From Podospora anserina (Eukaryota): 64,000 nucleotides of DNA. The DNA lies in the NCBI GenBank assembly GCA_017654855.1, contig CM030332.1:6882001-6946000 (forward strand), written 5' to 3'. The notes below the pieces were generated by a model, which did no database searches, was not told the DNA's origin, and worked only from the letters and a program-made list of their open reading frames with translations. How positions within the stretch are numbered: position 1 is the first letter of the stretch; each line of letters starts with the position of its first letter. The position numbers and the translations under genes are program-made. Of this stretch, positions 1 to 11,281 are shown piece by piece.

Positions 1-1506
1 CACCATTCATGATGTGGTGATCTCTTCTGCCTAGTATACCCCCACAGGTCATCACCCAGGTCCCCGCGGCATAACCCGCATCACCATCGACGTCACAAAC
101 CTCGCTTTTCCATTCCGCCAGCACCCTTTGCCGGCCTCGATATCAACCCCACGAACACTTAACTTCATCAAAGATCAGCGGGGCATCTCCCTTCTTGGCC
201 CAAGCCCAAAAAAGGGTCAAAGGTTTCGCAGCTGGACTTGCTGGTCTGGTGGGGTGGAAGGAGGGGTCGTCGACCACCCCACGGACCTACTCAAGAAACA
301 TCTTGCCCACCAAGAACAGTGCGGGGTGTTCGATAGTGGGACGTTAGCACACTGTCCAGCAAAGTGGGGCCTCCTCCCATTAAAACCACCAATTTTATTT
401 TTTTCGCGTCTTTGCGCGTTTCTCTTTCTCTCCTTCTTTCATACATCAAATGCAGCCAGCGCCGCGTCTATAGACTTCTTCTCCTCCATGTCTGCCAGAA
501 TGCTCATTGCTAGCTTGCTAGAAAAAAATATTAGATTGCCGTACGTTTGAGGGAGGTTGGAGCTTTCAGGAGCAATGAATACTTCCCATGGTTTAATCGG
601 CCACATTTTTTATATATTTTTTTTATTTTTTGTTTTTTGTTTTAAGAATCTTTTCCCAACCCTCTGATAGCTTGAGGGTTTGGGGGGCCACTTCCGACAT
701 GGAATCATGACCGGCCCCGTTAGAGAGTTGGTATACCTTACTGGTGATGATCAACTGCTGGAAAACTTGTGTAGCCTTGCGTGGTGCAGCTGGTCGTGGG
801 GTTGCGGTGCAGGTGGGTTGTGGAGGGGGCGGAATGACCCGACCAACTCAGCCACCTGCCTGGTGATGATTTACACTTCTTCCCGGAGGATCACGTTAAA
901 ACATCTCGATCTGACCTGAGCCTGATATCACGACCTGTTGATGACCCAGCCCCGGAATGCCCGATCTGGTGTGTATCACCACAAACGTGGTATAAGGTAA
1001 GGTGTCCCGTGTTCGCTTTTCTGGTGTCTGCCTCGATCGATGGTTCACCCTATTGTTCTGCCCCGAGTGTAGTTTCACAGCATGGAAGTTCGTTCCGGTT
1101 TCGCCCTGTCGGTTACAGCTTGTGTACAGTCTCGCTGTCAGGAGGTGTGGTGTGCACAGCATTGAGGGGATTTCCCCTCAAGGTGGTTGGTGGTGGATGC
1201 TGTTGTTGTGGATTTGCCATGGTTGCGATGGCATCACAGCACAGATGTGCAGAGTCCTACCAGGTGATAGAGAGAGTCCCCATGCCGTGACCCCTCGGTT
1301 GCCAATCATTGTATGGTGCTTGATATACATTCGAGAAGGCAGCTGATGGCGATTTCACAAGAACGGGCCTTCTGGCCCCATGTGGTCCCAACATACACAT
1401 CAACTACACCCTCTGGAAAGAGATGTTTGTTTAAAGAAAAGGATAATCCAAAGAAGATAAATATAACCATTTCAGCTGACCACACAGCTCAGAGAAACAA
1501 CCCCTC

Positions 1507-1532
1507 ATATATATATATATATATATATATAT
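1507..1532. repeat. (AT)13 microsatellite
   Basis: Read directly from the sequence. Confidence 0.95.
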
Positions 1533-1776
1533 TACACATAAATATATATCCCACGAAAGACCTCTCCGTCCCCCTTCCAAAATTATGAATGACAGTAGAA
1601 TAAAAGATATAAATCCGTCATCATTATAAAATCTCACTTTCCCCGTTGAACCATAAAAAGTAGATATCTCCATCCCTCTCATTCTAGCCAAGTCATGGAC
1701 TCATCTCCCATATCTTTTTAGACCAGAATCACCAAAAAAAATTGAAATAAATGGATGTGATAGGAGCCGGCAAGAT

Positions 1777-4700
1777 TTAGTCCGTATCCATCGCATCCGG
1801 CGGGACCGGCGATCCAAGCGTCACCTCCGGCCGACGCAAGGCTTGGTATGGTTTAACTTCGAGTGACAACTCGGGGGGCTCTGACTTCTGCTGTTGTGGC
1901 TGGCCAGCCCCAACGCCGTTCGTTTCTTCCACCACGTCCATCGCGTCCTCCTTCGATGGCCGGGGCGGCACGGCGACTTGGATCTCGGAAGCAATCTCTG
2001 ATTCGTGATCGGCGTGTGAGTTGGGCAGTTGCCCAGATGGCTCGGTTTTGGAGGTCTGGATCGACGAAGGAGCTGGAGAAGCCTGTGCCGATGAAACCCG
2101 AGTGCTGGGCTCCTGCTGGTACAGTTGGGTGCGTTCTTCGCGGGTGGTCTGAACAACAGATGCCCTGTCGCTGTATTCGGAGCCTCTTCGGGAGTCTTCA
2201 TCCATGTCGACATCCAGTTGAACATGTGAATCGTGCTCAAGCTCTTTGCCCTTCTCCGTTGCCGTCGTCGGCGTCCGGGCAACAGAATCTTTCCTCTCAC
2301 TGGCGTTCCCACCCCCGCCGCCCGTCGTCTTTGGCGTAGAAGGAACGATGACGTTCAACACACAGTCATCCAAATGCTCATAAAACTCCTGGGCTGTAGC
2401 GAACTGGCTCTGGCAAATGCTGCACTTTGCCCCGGCAGCACCGGCTCGCGCGGACCCAGATGTCAAAATGATCTTCCTGCTGTTCGGTGGTGTCTGCTCG
2501 ACGTTGTGCACGGCTGTCAAGTGACGCTTGAAGACATCCGCCCGGTTGAAGGCCTTCTCGTAGGATGTCCCGGCACCAGGACAAAATGGGCAGATCATGG
2601 TGCCTTTGTAATGTGTGAGGGCATGTCTGCTCTTGTCGTATTTTCGCGCGAACCCCTTGGTATGATACTCGCAGGTCTCGATTGGGCACTTTTCAGGACG
2701 TTCCTCCATATGGGTCAGCATGTGAGCTGCCAAGTCCTTGAAAACACGACCGCATTCTGGATGGGGGCAGCGGTTGCGGACGGAGGAGGATGCCGAAGTA
2801 GGTGTGAGCTGTGACTCGTCGTTGCTCTTGAGGACCGGGGTCGGTGTCATGTAGGCACCCGGTGAGCTTTGTATGATCATAGGTGGTGGGCCAACTGGAC
2901 CCCCTACTGAGCCGAGAGAGCCGAGGGGCCCAGCATGAGCCATCGGGCCGAACGAAGGGGCCAGCAGCGGCTGAGAGGGTACCGGGAGACCGTGTGGATG
3001 TTGATGTCCCATGTGTGCCGGCGGTGGTGGAGGAGGCGCAGGGGCTAGGCGTGGTGCTTCTAGAACCGGTGGTGAGCGGCGCCGAGGTGGGGAGATAAAG
3101 TCATGGGTGTTCTTGTAATAATGCCCCTCGTCTTCTCCACTGGACGCGTCGTCCTGATCCTGTACGTCAATCGACTGCCGTACTTCCCGCATCCAGTCTT
3201 TCAAGATATTCATCGGCGGCCAATCCCCGCTCGCTTTACCACCACGATGAGGATTGAAGTGAGCTCGTCTCAGATGCGCTGCTGCGTTGTAGTAGGCGCC
3301 GTAGCGTTTTTGGGTCACGCAGGCCTTGCATTTCGAGAGAGGTATCACGGGCTGGGGTGAATTAGGTGGGCCCTGAGGCTCTGTGCAAACCCATCTCTTG
3401 ACCAGAGCAGCATGCTTGGCATCGTTGTGTCTTCTCAGTTCGTGTTCGCCACGGAAACCCTCAGGGTACTCGTTACATTTCGTGCAGTATACTCTCCGCA
3501 AAGGCGGCCTTTGGTATGATGGTCGAAGCCTCGGTGCCGCGATGGGCGAGGTCAGCCCACGACCAGCCTGTCTGGGGAACGTTGGGCTTTCGGCAACGGT
3601 GTGGCGCCTGCCCATATCCATAGACTGCGGCGATGTGAGCAATCGGTCCGGCTCTCCTTTGAAAACATAAATATCCCTGTCGGCTTGTCCGGGGACGTTG
3701 GAGCCCCACGGGTGGGCAAGAGGTCTCATATCTGGCAGCGGCTTCCGCGGCTCTTCCGCAGGCTTGGCGATTGGGGGTAGGACGAAGGATCCTTGCCTTT
3801 GTGATGACCGCTGCTTCAAAAACCCATGGTAAACATTGCCCTCAATCTCTCCGCTCCCGAGAAACAGCAAGAAGTCTTTCGTACTTGTCAAACCACGCTC
3901 CGCCCAAGAGTTCCTTCCTAGGAACGCCCCAACTGAAGCGAGTAGCTCGCGGTCTTCGTTGTTCAGCTCTGATTCGTGGCCATCTAGTAACATGGTGGTA
4001 GAGGCTGCGAAGATGCAAACCAGAGCTTTGTAAACTGCGTGCATGGCCGATGTGGCAGGCTCTGTGGGCGAGTTGACGCGTGCTTGTGCGGCCCTGTCCA
4101 CAAGCAACGTTCTGACGATGCTAAAGATGCAGAGTGAAAAGAAGCTTGCGAGCCAAGTCTTTGGGTCCAGCGTGTTGGATCTCATCATCTGAGTATCGAG
4201 AGAGTGCAGGAACTGTGTCATGCAATTGTAAAGCAACTGGAAACGTCCGTAGAGATCGGCATCGTCGAATATGACGTGGGTGCTCGAGCTGCTTGGCTCG
4301 CCGTGGATAGCTGGGTCGGGCAGCTGAAGGTCATAAAATAGCGCTTCTCGAAGCAGTAGTTTGGCCCGATACAAGACTGGATATGTCACCGCCTCCGACT
4401 CCCTGCTTGCCGAGAGAACGCCGCTCATTTTGAGAAGTTGCCAAAAGTTGTAGGTGCCACTCATATTCCAGCTTGCTGCCAATACGGTCAGGACCGGTGG
4501 AGGGCGGTCCACGGGCTCTTTGCCGAATGATGCCAGCGTTGGGTTGGATGGAGGTAAGTTGGCTAGATCTTCTGTCCACCAAAAACCATCATCAAAGTCC
4601 AGATCATCCTTGACCATCCTCGCGATTTCTGGTGCAATGACGAATGATCGTTCGAGAAATTCGTTCATGTTTCGGCGAATTGCAAGTGGGGAGGTCATGG

Positions 4701-6209
4701 GAGTCTGCGTGTGTCGAGGGGAAACGGCGGCTGAAGACAAGTGTTAGCTTCACAGCCGCTTGACAAGATAAATCAGCAAAGAAGAAGAGCCATACTGGGA
4801 AGCATAGTCTCCGTAAAATTGGCGAGCGGTCCTCGATGACAGCCCAAAGCTTTCCAAAAATCATTATCTGACGGGGCTGTTGGTTCAGGACAAAGTCCGC
4901 ATGGATCATTGGAGTCACACTAAGACGGTCAGCGAACAAAGTACGAATCCTCAGTCGGCAGTAGCGCACTCACCCCCTTTTTCAAGACTTTACATCGAAG
5001 ACATGGCCCGACCTCCCGGAGCAGCCGCAGCTCACCAATTGATTCCAACCGCGATTGCCCCACACGACTGCGCTTCAACGGTGGCAGCAAGGGATCGACC
5101 TCGGAATCGACTGACCCACGAGGGCCTGCCGGATGTTCGGGTACAAACGAATAGCTCCTTAGCGATTCGCGGTGGTCTTTTGCCGGAGGTTGACTGTTTG
5201 TTGCTATTGGCGCAAGCTGAATGTTGGGGCCTGGACGAGGTAGATACAAAGGAGATGGCTGCTTGCTGTAATCGGTGCTGTAACTTCGGTTGGTCTTCTC
5301 GGGGAAGACAAGCGGTGGTGTGCCGCTGACTGAGAGACCCGAGTCTCTTTTTTGGAGAGAGACATGCTCTCTCGAGTGTTGATCTCGGTCATCGTGAAGA
5401 GGATATCCGTAGATGTAGTGCACACACCTCTCATCCCAACACTTGTAGGAGTGGTGAGTCCGAAAACCTAGAGGTACGCTATCCCTCAACCTCATTGCAG
5501 ACACAACTGGGTCGAAGCGGGCAATGTTCCTATCCAGCCATGCAGCATACCCTTCCGGCGCTTGATCCCGAAAATAATGATACTTGAGGGTGTCAAGAAA
5601 CCTAGGGTCCTGAAGGTCCACGCCTACCAGATAAAATGTTCAAGTCAACCCTCCGAGTAGGCAGAGCAATGGAGCCAGAGACGCGACTTACCATGTCCGA
5701 GACAGGCTGCCTCGATGCATTCGCAGTTATACTGCAATGTTCGGGCCTCTTCTATTTCGGACAGGAGAGGGATTTTGTTGGATAATTCTGACGAAAAGTT
5801 GGTATTAGACGAGATAGACTTGGAGCAACTTGACAACCCTGGGAGAAAAGAAGCCACGGTGGACGGGGGATGAGGGTGGCTCACGGTTCTCGTCGGCATA
5901 CGCGCGCAGTACACGATGCTTATGCCGCAGCATTTCAAGCTCGACCTTGATGTTGGGGCCATATTTCTGAGGAAGCAGGACAGCTAGTTTGGCCTGAATT
6001 TCGGCCTGCTGATCCAACAGGTGCTTGATGGTGGGATCCAACGACGGATCATACTGAGGCGCTGGATGAGGAGAGTGATGGGGGGCACCTCCAGCTCCAA
6101 CAGGTGCGGCCAGAACAGACGACGGCGGTGGTGGTACTGAGAGCGAGTTGCGCTCGGGCCGAGACGAAGATGCCGGCAGCGGCAGCGGCGCGATATTGTC
6201 GGCGGCCAT
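1777..6209 (-). CDS. Multi-domain zinc-finger transcription factor (~1382 aa, 5 exons: 6209-5885, 5787-5692, 5623-4974, 4919-4796, 4730-1777)
   Basis: Four GT..AG introns join four listed ORF segments and one unlisted 124-nt exon in frame (4149 nt in total). The spliced product has a Zn2Cys6-type motif (CLRCKVLKKGCDSNDPCGLC...C), a KLAP1-like block (CTKCNEYPEGFRGEHELRRH...YGAYYNAAAHLRRAHF) and C-terminal fingers (CPHPEC..HMLTH, CPIETC..HALTH, CPFC..HLTAVH, CSIC..HLDDC). Confidence 0.88.
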
Positions 6210-7035
6210 AGCGTCGGGCCCCCTCGGCGGCGGCGTCGGGGAAGGCTAGGCGTTGGACACGGGCGCAGCCACGGCACGGCAGTTGATGCCGAAGCGAGGC
6301 TCTCTGCTCTGTGCTCTTTGACAAACTGTGCTTAGGTTGTTCACACACAACACCGAGCCCGAGGCCGGAAAATGCTCTCGGCGACCGTGTCGCGGAGGCG
6401 GAGGCGGTGGTGGCGGCACCAGCAGCAGCGGGTGTTTATTCATCCACAGACCAGCTCCGATCAAGGCTCTTGGTGCGTCAATGACAAAGGTTCTGGCGGG
6501 CCGGTTTGCGCAACATGGTAGGACGGTTGTGGCGGCGATTCAACGGCGCTGAGATGCATCACAAGGCCATAGTGCGCGCGGGCACGGTGGAAGGTGAAAT
6601 TAGCTCAGGGCAGGGCAGGGCAGGGCGAGGTGAAGCTGTGACTCTGTGAGAGAGAGGCAGGGGCCTGGCAGCCTGATGGGGGATAGGTATCCGGAGAACT
6701 GGAAGACAGACGGGCTCGGGCTCGGACTCGGAGCTGTCAATGTCTGTCAAACGGAACCCAGGTAGAAGCTGTCAAGGACAGCCCAACGACCGAGTCGTTT
6801 TTTTTTTGGCGATGGATACGTGCTGCTCCTCACTTGGGGTATTATTAAACCATAGTCAAAGGGTCAATTGGGGAAGTGGGGCGCAACATGGTCAAGTTGT
6901 TTTCCCTGTCGTCCAGGGACCTCTGCTTCTGCTACAGAAGGGCGAGGCGGCAGATTAGATAGCTTCCTTGCTAGCTGCCCTTTCTAGTCCCCAGTGCTAG
7001 CCAAGCCTTCCCATGCCGGCCACCGCCTTGTGTTT

Positions 7036-7107
7036 CTGCTCCATCACCTAAGAATCTCTCTCTCACTCTCTCTCTCTCTCTCTCACACTCTCTCTCTCTC
7101 TCTCTCC
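7036..7107. repeat. Interrupted (CT)n tract
   Basis: Read directly from the sequence. Confidence 0.9.
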
Positions 7108-8620
7108 TTCCTCTGATTCCTTTATCAACTGCACCTCTTGCTGCACCTGCTGCCCTTTGTGTAGCCCATCCCGTCTCCAGCTCACCCACACACTTACAAC
7201 TGTCCAAGCATAACGCACGATTTCGTCTCGCAGCCCGCCCTCTCCGCACGAGGGGAACTCTGAGACTGGACGCCTCAACGCCCCGCCAGGGTAAGCTAGG
7301 GCTCGAGCTCTCGGTGCTTTTCCGGGGTTGGAATAGCCTGGATGCGATGCAGAGCCGGGGTCCAGAAGACCGTTGGAACATGAGGTGACCTGTGTGACGG
7401 AATTTCCAGTTCACCTCCTTCTTGTCTTCCAGGTTCTAGTTTCTTTTCTTAGGCCTCCCCCCCGCGCGCCGTTGCATTTATCTCCATCCTACCCGCGAAT
7501 CCCAGGCTGGATGGACGGACTATCAGATCAGACCTGCTTGAGACACCCGTCATCATTGGCAACAGACAAGACGGTGTATGCAAGGCTCTCTCTCGAGTGA
7601 GGTCTCGAAGCGATGTCGCGGCACGTCTGGCTGGTCCGGCGGGAGGAGCAGGAGAGAGGTAGGTCAGGTACTCTATATGTCACGCACTCCGCGCCGCGGT
7701 ACATGGCATGTAATCCCATGTAGGGTGTATGTGCTAACCAATCTAGAAGCCGAACGGCATCCTGTGGCCGCGATGCAGGTGGTATCTTTTGCCGACATGA
7801 GAATACAACCTCGATGCCCGCCCGTCCACTTGCTGCTCTCAGGAAGGCTTGCATGCCAGCCCCTTCGTGCAGACTGGGGTTGCTACGATGACAGTCATAT
7901 CGCGCGATAGCAACTGCCAGCACCTACTCCGCATCTCCAGGCAATAGTCTCCCAGCATACAGGCAACGTTAAAGTCAACCTTCGTTCGTCCAGGCCACGG
8001 GTCCCCAGTTTCTTGACTCAGGTTGACATTGGCCAATGCATCTTGGCCAGTGCTTATTGCGCCATCATGTTGCTTGCATCATGGGAATCCTGGTGCCGGC
8101 CCCCAGGCCCGCATTTCTCCCCTCAGCAACATCCGCTCTGCTGCTTGTTTTCGCTCCGAGAGCCGCAGCGCCTGGTCTATGGGCTCCACGTTTTTCAACG
8201 GCGTGACATCGGGTGGGTGCTGCGAGGGGAGAGTCGCTGGTCCCCGTGCCATCCGCCTGGCGTTTGCAGCTCTTGCAGCGCTGAGAGGTCCGTCCCACGA
8301 ACCGGCTGTCACCAACGCTTTTCCCGCAACCCAGATCCACTTTATTTCTTGAAGAATCAGGGTGTTCGACCCTCGCTTCCAGATTCAATCCCGTTCATCA
8401 ACCTTGACGTCGTCGCCGGCAACACCCGGTTCTCCAGCATGTCATCCTGCCAAACTCTGCCAGGTACCGGCCGATGGCAGGTAACTGACGAAGAGTGAGG
8501 CGGGGGGGGTAAGGACCTAGTCCGTATCGCGGTGTCTCTCTTTCGTTGGAGTGACTGGACAATGGTCTGGTCAATTTATGTGATGGGAAACTTGCAGCGT
8601 GCTTGAGCAGTGTAACGCAT

Positions 8621-8644
8621 GGCACCGGCACCGGCACCGGCACC
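8621..8644. repeat. (GGCACC)4 tandem repeat
   Basis: Read directly from the sequence. Confidence 0.9.
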
Positions 8645-9681
8645 GTCAGTGCAGAGCATGGCTCACGAGTGGAATGGGAAGAGGCAGTCGAGACATCACC
8701 TCCTATCGAGGCTTGCGCAGCATTGATCGGAGCTTCACCGTCCCTCTACCTGATACTGGCAGACCGGACAGCCGACAAAGAGGCGGCTGCTCCGATGTTC
8801 CGAGTTGGAAAGGACCCCCTAGAAGTCACTGGATTGTGTGCGTTGCAGCAGCACATGGGCCCTCCTCGATGAGAGGCTCGCCGAATCGCTGCTATCTACC
8901 ACCCTCCACCACAAACCAAGGAGTTGAAGCCCCTTATCATTCAATGGTGCAAGCCCCCCGCCTCAGTGCTCTAGCCGCCCGCTCATGGCCGCTCACACCC
9001 CCTTGCTCTTATTGCCCAAGCCACAAACCAGTCGTCACCAGTTGTGCTTCTGTGGCACAAGCTTTCCCCTCACCCCTCTTTCCCCTCCTCAGTCAGGCCT
9101 CCCAAGCTTCCAGTGCACAGCCTGTCCGTTTTGGGGATAGAACCATCCGCCTGTCTTTCAGCTTTCCCCAGCTGGGTCGCCCTATGCCCCCTCGTAGAAC
9201 TCTTGCCAAGCATCCGACCTTTGATCATAGTTCACGCGCGCCTGGGCCGGTAATGACGAGCCCGATGGCTGGTACCTTCTACAGTGGCTGGTGTGTTGGG
9301 AGATGACGGTCCTGTAGCAGCCGAACAGCCCCTTTCCCCCGTAATGGGAAGCGATGGCGTCGTCGACGAGGCATTCGAAGCCCGTGCCACCACCATCAGA
9401 CTGGTTTGTATGAGCCTGAGGACGCGCTGGAGGGCAATAGCCCCTGGCCGACGTTCAGGAAAGCTACCAGGCCATTCCCTTTTGGCGTCAGGCTGGCGGT
9501 GTGTCCGTAATTGCTATGGTTGCGGGTTGACGTAGTAGCAGTGAGCAAGTTGCTGATGATGCAGAATAAAAGAATGTGCTTCCCCTTCGCCTTCACCTCT
9601 GTTCATTACATTCGTTCTTCACATTATCGTCACATCAGCATTCAACCAATTTATGGTTTACATCAATACTTACCACCCACC

Positions 9682-10224
9682 ATGGACACCTTCCCATTTC
9701 TCCTCTGGCTTCCAGCCAGCCCCCTCAGCCTCGCCCTCCTCGTCCTGGTAGCCATTCTTGTCAGCATCCTGGTTACCTTTTACACCACCAAGCAACACTA
9801 CCAGAACTCGACATTGATCACCACCACTACTGCCACCAGACAACAGACCCCAAAGGATCACCAGCCGCAACTCCCTGCTGCCATCCCCGAGACAAGACAA
9901 CAACTCGTCCAGGAGTCACTACTCCCCGCCGAGCAGCCCAGAGCAGCAGTTCAGGAACAGCCCACGGCAACGCAGCCGATCCCAATCCCCATCCCGACAT
10001 CACCAGTAGGCTGGCGCAACTCCTTCGGTTCTGCCGTGATGCACCCCTCCAAGAGGGATTCGCTCGTGAGCTCGGTCGGCGCAAGAAAGGGGAGCTACTG
10101 CGCTAGGTGCTCCTCCTGGCCGGTGTCGGATTGGGACGGCAGCGGCAGCGGTTCCGAGGGGGAGGTGGTGGGGGGGAGTTTTGGGAGGGAGGTGACGTTT
10201 GGGTTTATGGGGGCTCATCTTTGA
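9682..10224 (+). CDS. Hypothetical small protein (180 aa) with an N-terminal hydrophobic segment
   Basis: ATG in CACCATGG context, a hydrophobic stretch (LSLALLVLVAILVSILVTFY), a Q/P/T-rich middle and a CARC motif. No family recognised. Confidence 0.55.
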   Translation: MDTFPFLLWLPASPLSLALLVLVAILVSILVTFYTTKQHYQNSTLITTTTATRQQTPKDHQPQLPAAIPETRQQLVQESLLPAEQPRAAVQEQPTATQPIPIPIPTSPVGWRNSFGSAVMHPSKRDSLVSSVGARKGSYCARCSSWPVSDWDGSGSGSEGEVVGGSFGREVTFGFMGAHL

Positions 10225-10510
10225 GGTGAGGTGAGGTGAGGTGAGATGAGGTGGTGAAGGGGGGGAAGGAAGGGGAAGAAGGGAGGGAGCGATGGGGAAG
10301 AAAAGAGGCAGAGGGAAGGCGAAGGGGAGAGAAAAAGTAAAACATCAAAAAAAAATTTGAAAAAGATACAAGGACAAAAAAAGGGTCGATGGGTCCAAAA
10401 AAAAGAATAAAAAAAGAAAAAAAAATTAAAAAAAAATAAAAAAAAAGAAAAAAAAAAGAAAGAGAATAAAAACTGAAACAAAAGGAAGGAAAAGGGGGAA
10501 GGGAAATACA
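10222..10510. repeat. (TGAGG)n repeat followed by a purine-rich, A-rich low-complexity tract
   Basis: TGAGG pentamers start at the stop codon of the 9682 ORF, followed by long A runs at ~10330-10480. Confidence 0.85.
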
Positions 10511-11281
10511 CGCAACAAGGGGGGTCGGAAGCTTGGATGGTGGGATGTATAAGGGGTTGGGGAACTAGAAGGAGGAAAATAGAAAGGCAAACTGGGAGGG
10601 AAGGTGGTGAATATCACAACGCGTTTGCGAAGGGAGGATAGATCATTGCTCTCTTGTTTGGTACAAAGGAGGACGGGGAAAAGTTTGGGTTTTGGCTTCT
10701 CTTGATAGATTTGGGTTTTTCTTTCTGGTCGGATTTCTATGGCGGGGGATGGGGCAATGATGATGGGCCTGGTGATGAGCTGTCATGAGGAATGGTGATG
10801 AGCCAGGCATTTTTTATCTGGTTTCGAGCGAGCATACTCAATTGGCCTCCAACACTGAACCAAGACGGATCGCTGTTAGGATGTGTATTTACGTTATAGA
10901 GAGAGAGAGCATCATGACATCAAAGTCTGTCGATGAGAGTGTAAGGGAATGTGATGTGACCACCGGATTCTAGTGGATGGTTTGACCATCATATCTAGCA
11001 TGACACATCCATGAAGGCGGACACACGGAACACACGGAACACATGACCGGTGGCAACAGCAGTGCAGATGAATAAATCGCCCCCAATATTATTATATAAT
11101 TCTCATCATCATCATCCCCGAACAATATGTGTAGCAGGTATATATATATGTATGTACATCTGAACAAAGTAAAATCCTCGTCTGTGACCGACGATAATAT
11201 GTCCACGATGATGTCCAATCATCACTTTCGTCCCTTCATGAACCCAACCCGTCCAACTCCACCCATCATCACATCATGCAC

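Noticed and set aside
8599..9306. 235-aa ORF
   Set aside because: Non-ATG start, random-looking composition and no motifs.
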